A stretch of DNA of 64,000 bases from Promethearchaeota archaeon (GTDB taxonomy: Archaea; Asgardarchaeota; Lokiarchaeia; Sigyniarchaeales; SOKP01): contig JAHPZE010000005.1 in the NCBI GenBank assembly GCA_019058365.1, positions 128,001-192,000 on the forward strand, given 5' to 3'. A model generated the notes under the pieces. The model was not told the DNA's origin. It saw only the letters and a program-made list of their open reading frames with translations, and ran no database searches. Numbering within the stretch: the stretch's first letter is position 1; each line of letters opens with the position of its first letter. The position numbers and the translations under genes were made by a program. Positions 11,054 to 20,229 of this stretch are shown here, in pieces.

Positions 11054-11776
11054 TTAATAAGATCTCCCTAAGACTTGATTTAATAAAGCAATATCATCAG
11101 TCATAATTCCATCAACATCTAAATCAATTAATTTTCTCATTAAGCTTTCTTCATTAACTGTCCATACATGAATTTTTAAACCATTGTCATGAGCTAATTC
11201 CACAAACTCTCTATCAACTACCTGGTGATTGGGATGAATTGCGTAGAATTCATTTTTACCTGCTCTTTGAACATAACGTTTTACTATCCGTTTATAAGTT
11301 AAGGCTCTAGGAATTAAATAGCCTAATTTTAAGGTAGGTTCTATTTCTTTGATTTTTAAAAGCTCTACAACTTCAAAACAACTAGCTATAGAACTTTCAA
11401 TTAGACCATTTTTTCTTAAGATATTTACGAAATCCAGAGTTACTCCTGGAACTTTAATGTCAGACAAGAGACCAATCTTTCCCTTAGTGAGGTTTATCAA
11501 CTCCATGAGAGTAGCTACTTTTTCACCTTCTCCAATATCTAATTGTTTTAATTCTTTTAATGCCATTTCATAAACTAATCTATTATGACCCGTAATGTCA
11601 ATAGCATCTTCATCATGCATGATAACGATTTCACCATCCTTAGATAAACGAAGATCAAATTCAATGAAATCTGCTTTTAATTCAATTGCTTTTTGAAATG
11701 CCTTTAAAGAATTCTCTGGAGCTACAGCTTTACCTCCTGAATGACCTATTACCAAAAAATCGTTATTTCTTTTCAT
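11054..11776 (-). CDS. Glycerophosphodiester phosphodiesterase (paralog 3; HSG in place of HRG)
   Basis: APENSL, EFD, KDGEIVIMHD, WTVN and GIMTD motifs. Confidence 0.9.
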   Translation of the reverse strand: MKRNNDFLVIGHSGGKAVAPENSLKAFQKAIELKADFIEFDLRLSKDGEIVIMHDEDAIDITGHNRLVYEMALKELKQLDIGEGEKVATLMELINLTKGKIGLLSDIKVPGVTLDFVNILRKNGLIESSIASCFEVVELLKIKEIEPTLKLGYLIPRALTYKRIVKRYVQRAGKNEFYAIHPNHQVVDREFVELAHDNGLKIHVWTVNEESLMRKLIDLDVDGIMTDDIALLNQVLGRSY

Positions 11777-11820
11777 AAGAATTTATAAAATGTATTTTTT
11801 AATAGCGATTTAAAATTATT

Positions 11821-12555
11821 TTAATCTTCTTGTTCAAGGACTTTTTTTGCTTTTGAAATACTATTTACGATAATTCCATCTACTCCCAAAGTTACATATC
11901 TATCTATTATCTTTTTTGTATTAAGAGGATAAACAAATACCTTTAAATTGTGTTTATGAGAATAATTTACAAATACTTCGTCTACATTTTTGAATCTAGT
12001 TTCTATAATAGGAAAGTTTAATTTAATTACAGTTTCAATAAGTTCTTTTTTTTTTCCCCACTCAGGCAAATATTCTTCAGTAATCGGAATAATTAGTGCT
12101 AAATCCGATTCTGGTTCAAGTTTTTTAACTTCTAATAACACATCAACATAAAATGACTGAAAAATTGTTGAATTTAACATATCTTCATCTCTAAGGAGAG
12201 AGATTACTTCATAAGAAATTCCTTTTGCTTTAATTTCACAGAGTAAATTAATTTTCCCCTTAGCAAGTTTTAATACTTCCCATAATTCAGGGATGGTTTC
12301 ACCTTCTCCAAGATCTAATTTTTTTAATTCGCTTAATGTCATTTCGTCTATTGATTTATTATATCTCATTCTTCTGAGAATATCATTACCATGGATTACC
12401 ACAAGTGCTCCATCTTGAGATTTGTGTACATCAAATTCAATATAGTCCGCTTCTAATTCAATTGCTTTTTTAAACCCTTTTAAACTGTTTTCAGGAGCCT
12501 TATCATAAGCTCCTCTATGTCCAATTATTAAAGGTTGACTTTTATTTTCATTCAT
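11821..12555 (-). CDS. Glycerophosphodiester phosphodiesterase (paralog 2)
   Basis: HRGA..APENSL, EFDVH, DGALVVIH and CEIK motifs. Confidence 0.9.
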   Translation of the reverse strand: MNENKSQPLIIGHRGAYDKAPENSLKGFKKAIELEADYIEFDVHKSQDGALVVIHGNDILRRMRYNKSIDEMTLSELKKLDLGEGETIPELWEVLKLAKGKINLLCEIKAKGISYEVISLLRDEDMLNSTIFQSFYVDVLLEVKKLEPESDLALIIPITEEYLPEWGKKKELIETVIKLNFPIIETRFKNVDEVFVNYSHKHNLKVFVYPLNTKKIIDRYVTLGVDGIIVNSISKAKKVLEQED

Positions 12556-12593
12556 AATTATACTATTTATTTTATTTCATTAAAAAGAGATTT

Positions 12594-13325
12594 TTAAATT
12601 ATTTGATTCAATAACTTTCTAACTTTCTCAACATCATTAGTAATAATTCCATTAACCCCAAGATTAATCAGCTTCTTTATAGCGGAATCAGAATTCACAG
12701 TCCAAGGAAAAATTTTGAGATTATTATTATGAGCTTTAGCCATAAAATTTTTATTAACAAGTTTAAAGAAAGGGTTAATAGCATAAAACTTATTCTTAAT
12801 TGCTACCCTAATTAATTTTTTCCTTGATATCCAACTTCTTATCCATCCAGTTTTATTAGGTTCCAACGATGCCAATTTAATTCTTGGTTCTAATTTCTTA
12901 ATGTTCAACAAAACATCATGTTTAAATGAACTAATTATCGTTGTTTCGAGACTATCTTCTTCTTTGATAATTTTTATAATTTCTTCAGCGATACCTCTAA
13001 CTTTTACCTCACAATTCAAGCTAATCTCCCCTTTTGCTAGCCTAACTAATTCTCGTAAAGTAGGTATTTTCTCACCATCTCCGCAATCAAGTTGCCTTAA
13101 CTCTTCAAGGGTCATTTCTTTTACTGATCCAAAATGACCTGTTGTTCTGAATGTATTAGCATCGTGCATTATTACGATTTCCCCATCTTTAGATTTATGA
13201 ACATCAAATTCAATACAATCCGCTTTTAATTCTATAGCTTTCTTAAAGGCTCTTAAAGTATTCTCAGGCGCTATACTACTAGCACCTCTATGAGCAATTA
13301 TTAAGACTTTCTTTTCATTATTCAT
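12594..13325 (-). CDS. Glycerophosphodiester phosphodiesterase (paralog 1, canonical)
   Basis: AHRGAS..APENTL, EFDVH..KDGEIVIMHD, WTVN and GIITN motifs. Confidence 0.92.
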   Translation of the reverse strand: MNNEKKVLIIAHRGASSIAPENTLRAFKKAIELKADCIEFDVHKSKDGEIVIMHDANTFRTTGHFGSVKEMTLEELRQLDCGDGEKIPTLRELVRLAKGEISLNCEVKVRGIAEEIIKIIKEEDSLETTIISSFKHDVLLNIKKLEPRIKLASLEPNKTGWIRSWISRKKLIRVAIKNKFYAINPFFKLVNKNFMAKAHNNNLKIFPWTVNSDSAIKKLINLGVNGIITNDVEKVRKLLNQII

Positions 13326-13716
13326 TTTTAAACAAATATTTCTTTATATCCCTTTATCACATCTTATTGTTAGTAGAAATATTAGATTATTAATTATCTT
13401 TTTCTAATACTTTAATAATTCAGATTTAGAGAGATTTCATCATATATGTTTTTATTCAAATAAATATTTGATCACAAATTCTAGGGATTTTTTTCAAAGA
13501 TTCTTTTATGTGATCATCTAATTTTTGAAAATTTTATTAATAGTAAAACTGCAGGTTTATATATCTGTGATACGATAACAATTATTTGAGTAATGCGATA
13601 AATTTATAAAGCTATAATATTTTTTATATTTCTGACAATTTTAAAAAAACATAAGAACTAACCGAATAAACCGATAAGTTTAAATATATAAACCAACCAA
13701 AAAAAAGAATATAGAA

Positions 13717-13974
13717 ATGATGAAGTTTTGCCCTAATTGCGACAATATATTAATCCCAAAGAATAGAAAATTATATTGTAAAGCATGCGAAGAAGAATTT
13801 GATTTAGACACTTCAAAGAAGGAAGATTATAAAATAACTAAATCCATTAAACATGATGAAAAAGAAAGTGCTCCAATTATTATAAAAGAAGGGCTAAGAA
13901 GCGAAAGAATTTCTGCTCAAGATCGGAAGGCTTTTGAAGAATTCTTTGGAAGTGCTGAATCAGATAACTTCTAG
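13717..13974 (+). CDS. RpoM/TFS/RPB9-like protein with only the N-terminal zinc ribbon
   Basis: MKFCPNCDNILIP...LYCKAC start. There is no C-terminal CxxC ribbon or acidic hairpin. Confidence 0.7.
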   Translation: MMKFCPNCDNILIPKNRKLYCKACEEEFDLDTSKKEDYKITKSIKHDEKESAPIIIKEGLRSERISAQDRKAFEEFFGSAESDNF

Positions 13975-14150
13975 TGTCCTACTTAGAGGACGTATAGTTA
14001 GATCACTTATTCTTCCTTGGTTTTACCTGATTAAAAAAAATTTTTTAATCCAAAATATTTAAAGTTTTAAATTATCTGAGAAGTAAATAATTTATAATTA
14101 GAAAAATAATTTCACAATATAATTACAAAACACATCAAATGTAGATTTAT

Positions 14151-14546
14151 ATGTCTGAAGAAAAAAAGACTCGATTACATGGTTTCGCTGGAATTTTATC
14201 CAAACAAGTGGAACCGTTGAATGAGATGGAAAAATTTAAAGAAAAATTTAAGGATACTGAAGTTAAAGTTCTTTTAAATGCAAAGGATGGAAAATGGGCT
14301 GCAATGTTGATAATAGATAAAGGTAAAATATATGTAGAAGGTATTAAAAATGACCCAAAAGAAAACATAAATAAGAAAAACGCGGGGTGGGATGGATTTT
14401 TACAAACAACCACCAATATATTTTTGCAGCTCTTTGGTAGCGACGAACTTTCAACTGGGAAAGTTATTAAAAAAATCCTAACACGCAAAATAAAAATTAG
14501 GGGAATAAAACATGTTTTAGTATTACTACAATTGTTTGACTTATAA
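14151..14546 (+). CDS. SCP2 (sterol carrier protein-2)-like lipid-binding protein
   Basis: Size and pattern fit: LIIDKGKIYV...DGFLQTTTNIFLQL...ILTRKIKIRG. Confidence 0.6.
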   Translation: MSEEKKTRLHGFAGILSKQVEPLNEMEKFKEKFKDTEVKVLLNAKDGKWAAMLIIDKGKIYVEGIKNDPKENINKKNAGWDGFLQTTTNIFLQLFGSDELSTGKVIKKILTRKIKIRGIKHVLVLLQLFDL

Positions 14547-14972
14547 ATTAATTTTAAAAATATTAGCTAAAGATACCATCTCTTCTCTTAATTTTTCATC
14601 ATTTTTTTCATCTTTTAATGATTGTAAAATTACATCTTTATCTGTTTCTGATACTCGATCTTGAAATAATTCAAGAAATTCTCTTAAAAAGATAATCTTT
14701 TTATAAGGATTCTGCTGGATTTTAGTAATAAATCCATTAATTACATGATCAAAAGAAATTGTCTCTTGGTTTTCACTTATAACGATTTTTTCTTCAGTTC
14801 CTAAGATTTCTTGTAATAAAGAATTATTACTAATGATCTCCCGCGAGATTTCTTTTAACATATCATTTCTTGTAGGTATTGATAAATTTGAAATGAAGTC
14901 TTCCATTTCTGAGTTCTTACTTTCAATTGCTTTTATCATTTCAAGAATTTTTTCTTTATTTCCTCTTTCCAT
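14541..14972 (-). CDS. Hypothetical helical protein
   Basis: ATG-started 143-aa ORF with typical composition and no recognised motif. Confidence 0.55.
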   Translation of the reverse strand: MERGNKEKILEMIKAIESKNSEMEDFISNLSIPTRNDMLKEISREIISNNSLLQEILGTEEKIVISENQETISFDHVINGFITKIQQNPYKKIIFLREFLELFQDRVSETDKDVILQSLKDEKNDEKLREEMVSLANIFKINL

Positions 14973-15032
14973 ATTATATTAAAGTTTTGTCTAAATTTTT
15001 AAATTTAACTGAAAATAATAGTTAATTACAAA

Positions 15033-15764
15033 ATGAATGCTATTGAGAAAGAAAAATTGCGTAATTTCCAAGAATTTATAGGATATAAATTTAATAAAGA
15101 AGCACTTTTAATTGAAGCCCTAACAACTCCAAGGTTAGCAAATGAAATTGGAAAACCTAGTTATGATTTTTTAGAAACATTAGGAGATGCTATAATTAAA
15201 ATTATACTTATTTTACAACTTTATAAGAAGGGAGTTAAAGATTCGGGGGAAATTACAAAAATAAAAGCAACTCTAGAAAGTGATAATGCTCTAAAAAATA
15301 TCGCAAATAAGATAGGTTTAGAAAAATATATTTTTAAGACGGAAAAACAGAGAGTAAAAGGAACTCGTATTTTAGCAGATATTTTTGAAGCATTATGTGG
15401 TGCTATTTTTCTTGATTCTAAATATAATCTGGATTTAGTAGAACAAAAAATGATTAATCCTTTTTATGAAGATTTGAATGTAATCATTCAGACGTCGATA
15501 ATTTCTAGTAAAAATGTATTATTAGAATTTTTACAGGAGAGATTTAAAACAAACATAATTATCGAACTTGAATATGAAAAAAGTGGAGTGGAGCATAATC
15601 CTAACTGGATCGCAAAAAATCCAAGAATTTTAGAACAAGAAAGTCGAGAGGAACTAGTTAAAATACCTGGAAGTCTAAAATCAACAAAGAGTAAATCAAA
15701 AAAAATGTCAGAAAAAGATCTTTATGTAAAAATCCTTAAATTTTTAGAAAAGAAAAAAAAATAA
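15033..15764 (+). CDS. rnc: Ribonuclease III family protein with a dsRBD-like C-terminus
   Basis: LETLGDAII (RNase III signature) and ADIFEALCGAIFLDS. The C-terminal KNVLLEFLQ...SGVEHNPNW resembles a dsRBD. Confidence 0.8.
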   Translation: MNAIEKEKLRNFQEFIGYKFNKEALLIEALTTPRLANEIGKPSYDFLETLGDAIIKIILILQLYKKGVKDSGEITKIKATLESDNALKNIANKIGLEKYIFKTEKQRVKGTRILADIFEALCGAIFLDSKYNLDLVEQKMINPFYEDLNVIIQTSIISSKNVLLEFLQERFKTNIIIELEYEKSGVEHNPNWIAKNPRILEQESREELVKIPGSLKSTKSKSKKMSEKDLYVKILKFLEKKKK

Positions 15765-15957
15765 GATTTTTAGATTGACCAATCTTTTTTAAATTCAGAT
15801 TTTTTTAAAAAACAGTAAAGGATATTGAATTTTCTAATAAAATAGAACCTTAATTTTTAAAAAATGTGCTATATTTCCGTATCTGTACAAGAGTTATATT
15901 CTAAAAAAGTTTATTTTATGTTAGCATTATGATATAATAAAGAAGAAAAAAATAGAA

Positions 15958-17151
15958 ATGAGAGAATTTCAAATGTCTAAATCCCCAGTAATAGAAAAAA
16001 CTCCCCTTATGGAAGAATTTGAAGAAGAAACTGGAAAAGTATCAATTTGGAAGGGGGAACTATCAAAAAATTTTAAAAAGTGGGAAAAAAAAAAGAAACA
16101 AAATGAAATAAAACAAATGAAAGAAGATATTCTTTCTCAGTCTCGTATAGAAAAGAAAAAAATGAAAAAAGAATTCAGAGAGGATCGATTGGCAGGTAAG
16201 AGTTATGAGCATTTAATTGTGGTTGATGGGCTTCATAAGACTTATTTATTAGGTACCACGGCTGTTGCCGCGCTTCGAGGTATTGATTTAACAATAGATA
16301 ACGGAGATTTTGTTGATATTATGGGACCTTCTGGTTCTGGAAAGACAACACTCCTAAACTTGATCGGTGGATTAGATACCCCCACTCGAGGGAAAATCTT
16401 TTTAGAAGGGCGTAATATTTCAATGCTTTCAGATAATGATTTGGCAGAGATAAGACGTGAGAGAATTGGATTTGTTTTTCAGTTCTATAACCTTCTACCA
16501 CAGATGACAGCTATGGAAAATGTTATGGTACCTTTACATTTTTCAGGGAAATTAAGTCGTCGAGGTAAAAGGAAAAAAGCAATGGATCTCTTGAGATTGG
16601 TAGGTTTAGATGAACGAGCACATCATACTCCCTCTGAATTGAGTGGCGGTGAACAGCAGAGAGTAGCGATAGCTCGGGCTTTCGCAAATGATCCTGCAAT
16701 CTGTGTTCTTGATGAACCTACGGGTGATTTGGATTCTAAAACGGGTGTAATGGTTCTAAATCTTCTTAGAGATTTAAACAAAAGAGGTGCTACCTTTGTT
16801 GCGGTAAGCCATGATGCCGCAGTGTCGGAATTTGCGACTAGAGTGTTCCATATGAAAGATGGAAAACTTACTCATGAAGGAAAAATAGGAGGCTTAAAAG
16901 AAACTGAGATTATGCAACTTAAGAGAAGACAAGAAACAGAAATAAATAAAGAGAAATGTAAAAGTAAAATTTTTCAATACCTCTATGCAAATCAAGGTAA
17001 AGCTGAAATTCCAGTTAGTGATATTAAAAGCAGCATTCCAAATTCTATAGTTATGAATTTGCCAGAACACTTTAATGACATTTTACAAGAACTTATTGAA
17101 GAGAATAACTTTTCTGGCAAAATTGAAGGAGAAATTTTGATTTTAAAATAA
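15958..17151 (+). CDS. ABC ATPase of the LolD/MacB/FtsE (type VII) family with N- and C-terminal extensions
   Basis: Walker A GPSGSGKT, GFVFQFYNL, LSGGEQQRVAIARA, DEPTGDLD and VSHD motifs. Confidence 0.95.
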   Translation: MREFQMSKSPVIEKTPLMEEFEEETGKVSIWKGELSKNFKKWEKKKKQNEIKQMKEDILSQSRIEKKKMKKEFREDRLAGKSYEHLIVVDGLHKTYLLGTTAVAALRGIDLTIDNGDFVDIMGPSGSGKTTLLNLIGGLDTPTRGKIFLEGRNISMLSDNDLAEIRRERIGFVFQFYNLLPQMTAMENVMVPLHFSGKLSRRGKRKKAMDLLRLVGLDERAHHTPSELSGGEQQRVAIARAFANDPAICVLDEPTGDLDSKTGVMVLNLLRDLNKRGATFVAVSHDAAVSEFATRVFHMKDGKLTHEGKIGGLKETEIMQLKRRQETEINKEKCKSKIFQYLYANQGKAEIPVSDIKSSIPNSIVMNLPEHFNDILQELIEENNFSGKIEGEILILK

Positions 17152-17199
17152 CTTTTCATAAATGAGGATTAAATAAAAATCTAAATTATTTTAAGTCAT

Positions 17200-20100
17200 A
17201 TGACACAAATAAAGCTAATTTTTAAATATGCATTCCAAGATTTAAGTAAACAAAAGATTAGAACCTTACTAGCAATAATAGGAATGTTAATTTCCATTGG
17301 CTTGTTAACTGTCGTCTTATTCTTATCTGACTCTATTTCTATGGGGTATGCAGATTATCTTACCATTGAAGCAGGTAATCAAGATGCTGTTATCTCTGTA
17401 AGACATTATTACGAAGAACCAAGTAATAGATCATCGTATTTTGACTATGATCCCCTAATTGAGACTATTCAATCTTCAACTAGTATTATAGAGAATTTTA
17501 TCCCGAGAATGGAAATAACGGGATCTGTTAATATTTCCGAAGGTTTCCATACCACAAATCTACTAGATGAAGAAGAATCGTGTATAATATCAGCAATTAA
17601 TTTTTCTTTTGAAAATGATATAAATTTTGGGACATTTGTAAGTCCAGTATTTAATAAATTACTTGATTTAACTGAATTACCTTCAAATCATTGTGCAATC
17701 TATTATGGGTTTAATGATGTTATCAAATATTCTGAAGGTAATACCATTAAAATATTCATGGAATTAACTAATGGAAATACAACAATAAATCGAACAAAAT
17801 CTTTAATAATTGATAAAATCTTTGATTTCAATTTAAAATGGTCTGCTGAGTATCGTAGTAGGAATTTAATTATAGTAGATATTAATACGCTATACCAAAT
17901 TTTTGGTTATGACGAATTTAAGGGTAAATGTAGCGATTTGATATTAACTTTTAAAGAATCTAGTAAACTCTATGATATTAGGAGTATTGAATTAGCTACG
18001 ATAAATGTAAAGAATATTGTTAATGATATTCAAATTGCAATAGGAATTGATGAATATAGCATTGATTTACCTAAATTAAGAGCATTATCATCTGCTGAAT
18101 TTTTAAGTGTATTTATAGTTATAGTGTTTGTGTTTGTTTCAATTGTAGCTATGCTAATTTCCGGTGTTCTCATCAATGGAATATTAAAAACTTCAGTGGA
18201 GGAGCGAATTCGAGAATTTGGGATATTCAGAACGTTAGGTGCGAATAAAAAGTATAATCTTATGATAGTATTGATGCAAGGCTTTTTATTATGCAATTTT
18301 GGGGCAATTTCAGGAATAATAACTGCATTTTTTCTTTCCATATATGTAATAATACCTTTTGCAAATACTGTGGTTTCCGGCAGTATGTTAGGTTTAGGTA
18401 CAATACCTTTCTCTTTCACTTGGTGGTCTGTTATAATATCATATATCATGGGTATTAGTGTGGGGATGATTGTGAGTATCGCTCCTGCTTTAAAAGTGAT
18501 GCGTCTTCAATTGATTGAATCAATTCATCCATATCGCCATGAAGATACATTATATCATCTACAAAAAAAAGCATCAGTAAATTACAAATTAATCTTAGCA
18601 GGATTAATTTTGGCATTTAATGGTATATTTGTGTTTTTTGTTATACCGAGAATTATGGTTGCGAGTGATATGACTCTCTTTGCTGGTACATTGGTTGCAA
18701 TTTTACTTATATTTAATATTGGATTAACTCTTGCTGGATTAGGTTTAATTCCTCTAATATTAAGGTTAATAATTCAATTATTCAGACCAATATCAAGAAG
18801 ATTGCATAATATTATTAAGATTTTTGTTTTTCGATATCAACGTAGAAATTCGAGTACTATCATGATCTTTGCATTGTCTTTCTCTTTTGTTATTTTTACA
18901 TCATCTCTAGTTAATACTTTATCAGCACAAGTTGGTGCTTCAACTAAATTAAGATATGGATCAGACATCTTAATTGAAACTACTGGATGGAAAGAACTCG
19001 AAAATGGATTTGGAGGGGGTGGTTTTGGTTTCATGGCTACTAGTGAGGATTCAGAACAATCCGGTTTAAATTTGTATAGTACTCAAACATATCTTGATTC
19101 TATTAATCCAAATAGAATCATTACAACGGAGTTTGGACAAGAATTATTAGCTATGGATGGCATTGAGAAAGTGTCATCTGTGTTAGCAAGACCTTATCAA
19201 TTAACTCAAATTTATGCTGGAGAGGATAAAGAATTTGTGGCAGAAATTGGGGATTTTGCCGGATTAAGTACGCAAGAGATAACTTTAATAGGAATTGATG
19301 AAGAATATCCTTTCACAGTGAAAAGTGAGTACATAGAAATGACTTCTGGAAATGTAATTACCTCCTTTAACGATCTATTTCATAATAATCAATCGTATAC
19401 CTGCATAATTTCTGAAGCAATAGCTTTAGCAATGTCTTTATTAATTGGTGATAAAATTCGAATTGTAATCCAAAGAGGAGACGAATTAGAAGTGTATCCT
19501 TTCATAATAGCAGGAACCGCGAAAAGTATGCCGGGATTTTCTCGAGAATTTAGTGGATCAAGTACGGGGGCTTCGAATGGAGGGGTGTTAATCTCTCAAG
19601 CAACATATATCGAAATAATGGATATTCCTCCTGTCCCTTATTTGGATAGAATTTTCATTAAACTTAGAGAAGATAAATTATCAGAAGCTCATAATATAGA
19701 GGATTTAATTGATGAATATTATCAAACTGATTATAATTATGAAATATCCAATCTAGCAAGAATGATAGCACAACAAGAATCCGCATTTTCTGTATTAGAT
19801 ACTCTTTTTACTCTCATAGCTCTTACTACAGTATTTATTTGTATTTTTGGATTGCTATCTTCATCTTATTCAACTATTATTGAAAGGAAGAAAGAAATCG
19901 GTATTGTTCGAACTTTAGGGTTAAAAGGTAGAGATATTAATCGCTTATTTATAATTGAATCCTTAATAATTATGCTTAGTAGTGGAACTATAGGAATAAT
20001 TATAGGATGGGTAACTAGTTGGTTGGTTTCTTGGAATTTGTTGGGTACATTAGTGGGGATGCCAAATGTATTGTATGTTCCGTGGTTTAATATAATACTG

Positions 20101-20202
20101 ATCTATTTACTTTCTGTAATCATGATTTTTTTCGGAATGATAATATTGTTAAGAAAAGCCAGAAAACAGAAAATAGTTGAGATTTATAGAGAAACAATTT
20201 AA
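17200..20202 (+). CDS. FtsX/MacB-type ABC permease with two extracellular domains (paralog A)
   Basis: Two FtsX motifs (ERIREFGIFRTLG and ERKKEIGIVRTLG), about 10 TM helices and two large loops. Confidence 0.9.
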   Translation: MTQIKLIFKYAFQDLSKQKIRTLLAIIGMLISIGLLTVVLFLSDSISMGYADYLTIEAGNQDAVISVRHYYEEPSNRSSYFDYDPLIETIQSSTSIIENFIPRMEITGSVNISEGFHTTNLLDEEESCIISAINFSFENDINFGTFVSPVFNKLLDLTELPSNHCAIYYGFNDVIKYSEGNTIKIFMELTNGNTTINRTKSLIIDKIFDFNLKWSAEYRSRNLIIVDINTLYQIFGYDEFKGKCSDLILTFKESSKLYDIRSIELATINVKNIVNDIQIAIGIDEYSIDLPKLRALSSAEFLSVFIVIVFVFVSIVAMLISGVLINGILKTSVEERIREFGIFRTLGANKKYNLMIVLMQGFLLCNFGAISGIITAFFLSIYVIIPFANTVVSGSMLGLGTIPFSFTWWSVIISYIMGISVGMIVSIAPALKVMRLQLIESIHPYRHEDTLYHLQKKASVNYKLILAGLILAFNGIFVFFVIPRIMVASDMTLFAGTLVAILLIFNIGLTLAGLGLIPLILRLIIQLFRPISRRLHNIIKIFVFRYQRRNSSTIMIFALSFSFVIFTSSLVNTLSAQVGASTKLRYGSDILIETTGWKELENGFGGGGFGFMATSEDSEQSGLNLYSTQTYLDSINPNRIITTEFGQELLAMDGIEKVSSVLARPYQLTQIYAGEDKEFVAEIGDFAGLSTQEITLIGIDEEYPFTVKSEYIEMTSGNVITSFNDLFHNNQSYTCIISEAIALAMSLLIGDKIRIVIQRGDELEVYPFIIAGTAKSMPGFSREFSGSSTGASNGGVLISQATYIEIMDIPPVPYLDRIFIKLREDKLSEAHNIEDLIDEYYQTDYNYEISNLARMIAQQESAFSVLDTLFTLIALTTVFICIFGLLSSSYSTIIERKKEIGIVRTLGLKGRDINRLFIIESLIIMLSSGTIGIIIGWVTSWLVSWNLLGTLVGMPNVLYVPWFNIILIYLLSVIMIFFGMIILLRKARKQKIVEIYRETI

Positions 20203-20229
20203 GGAGATAGAGAAATTAAATTAAAAAAT

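Noticed and set aside
13469-13516. tgatcaca/tgtgatca inverted pair upstream of the GDPD cluster
   Set aside because: Only 8 bp per arm in AT-rich DNA, too weak to call an operator.
13972-14030. TAG followed by TGT CCT (Cys-Pro), suggesting readthrough into a second TFS zinc ribbon
   Set aside because: Further in-frame TAG codons follow within a few codons, and there is no second Cys pair or acidic hairpin.
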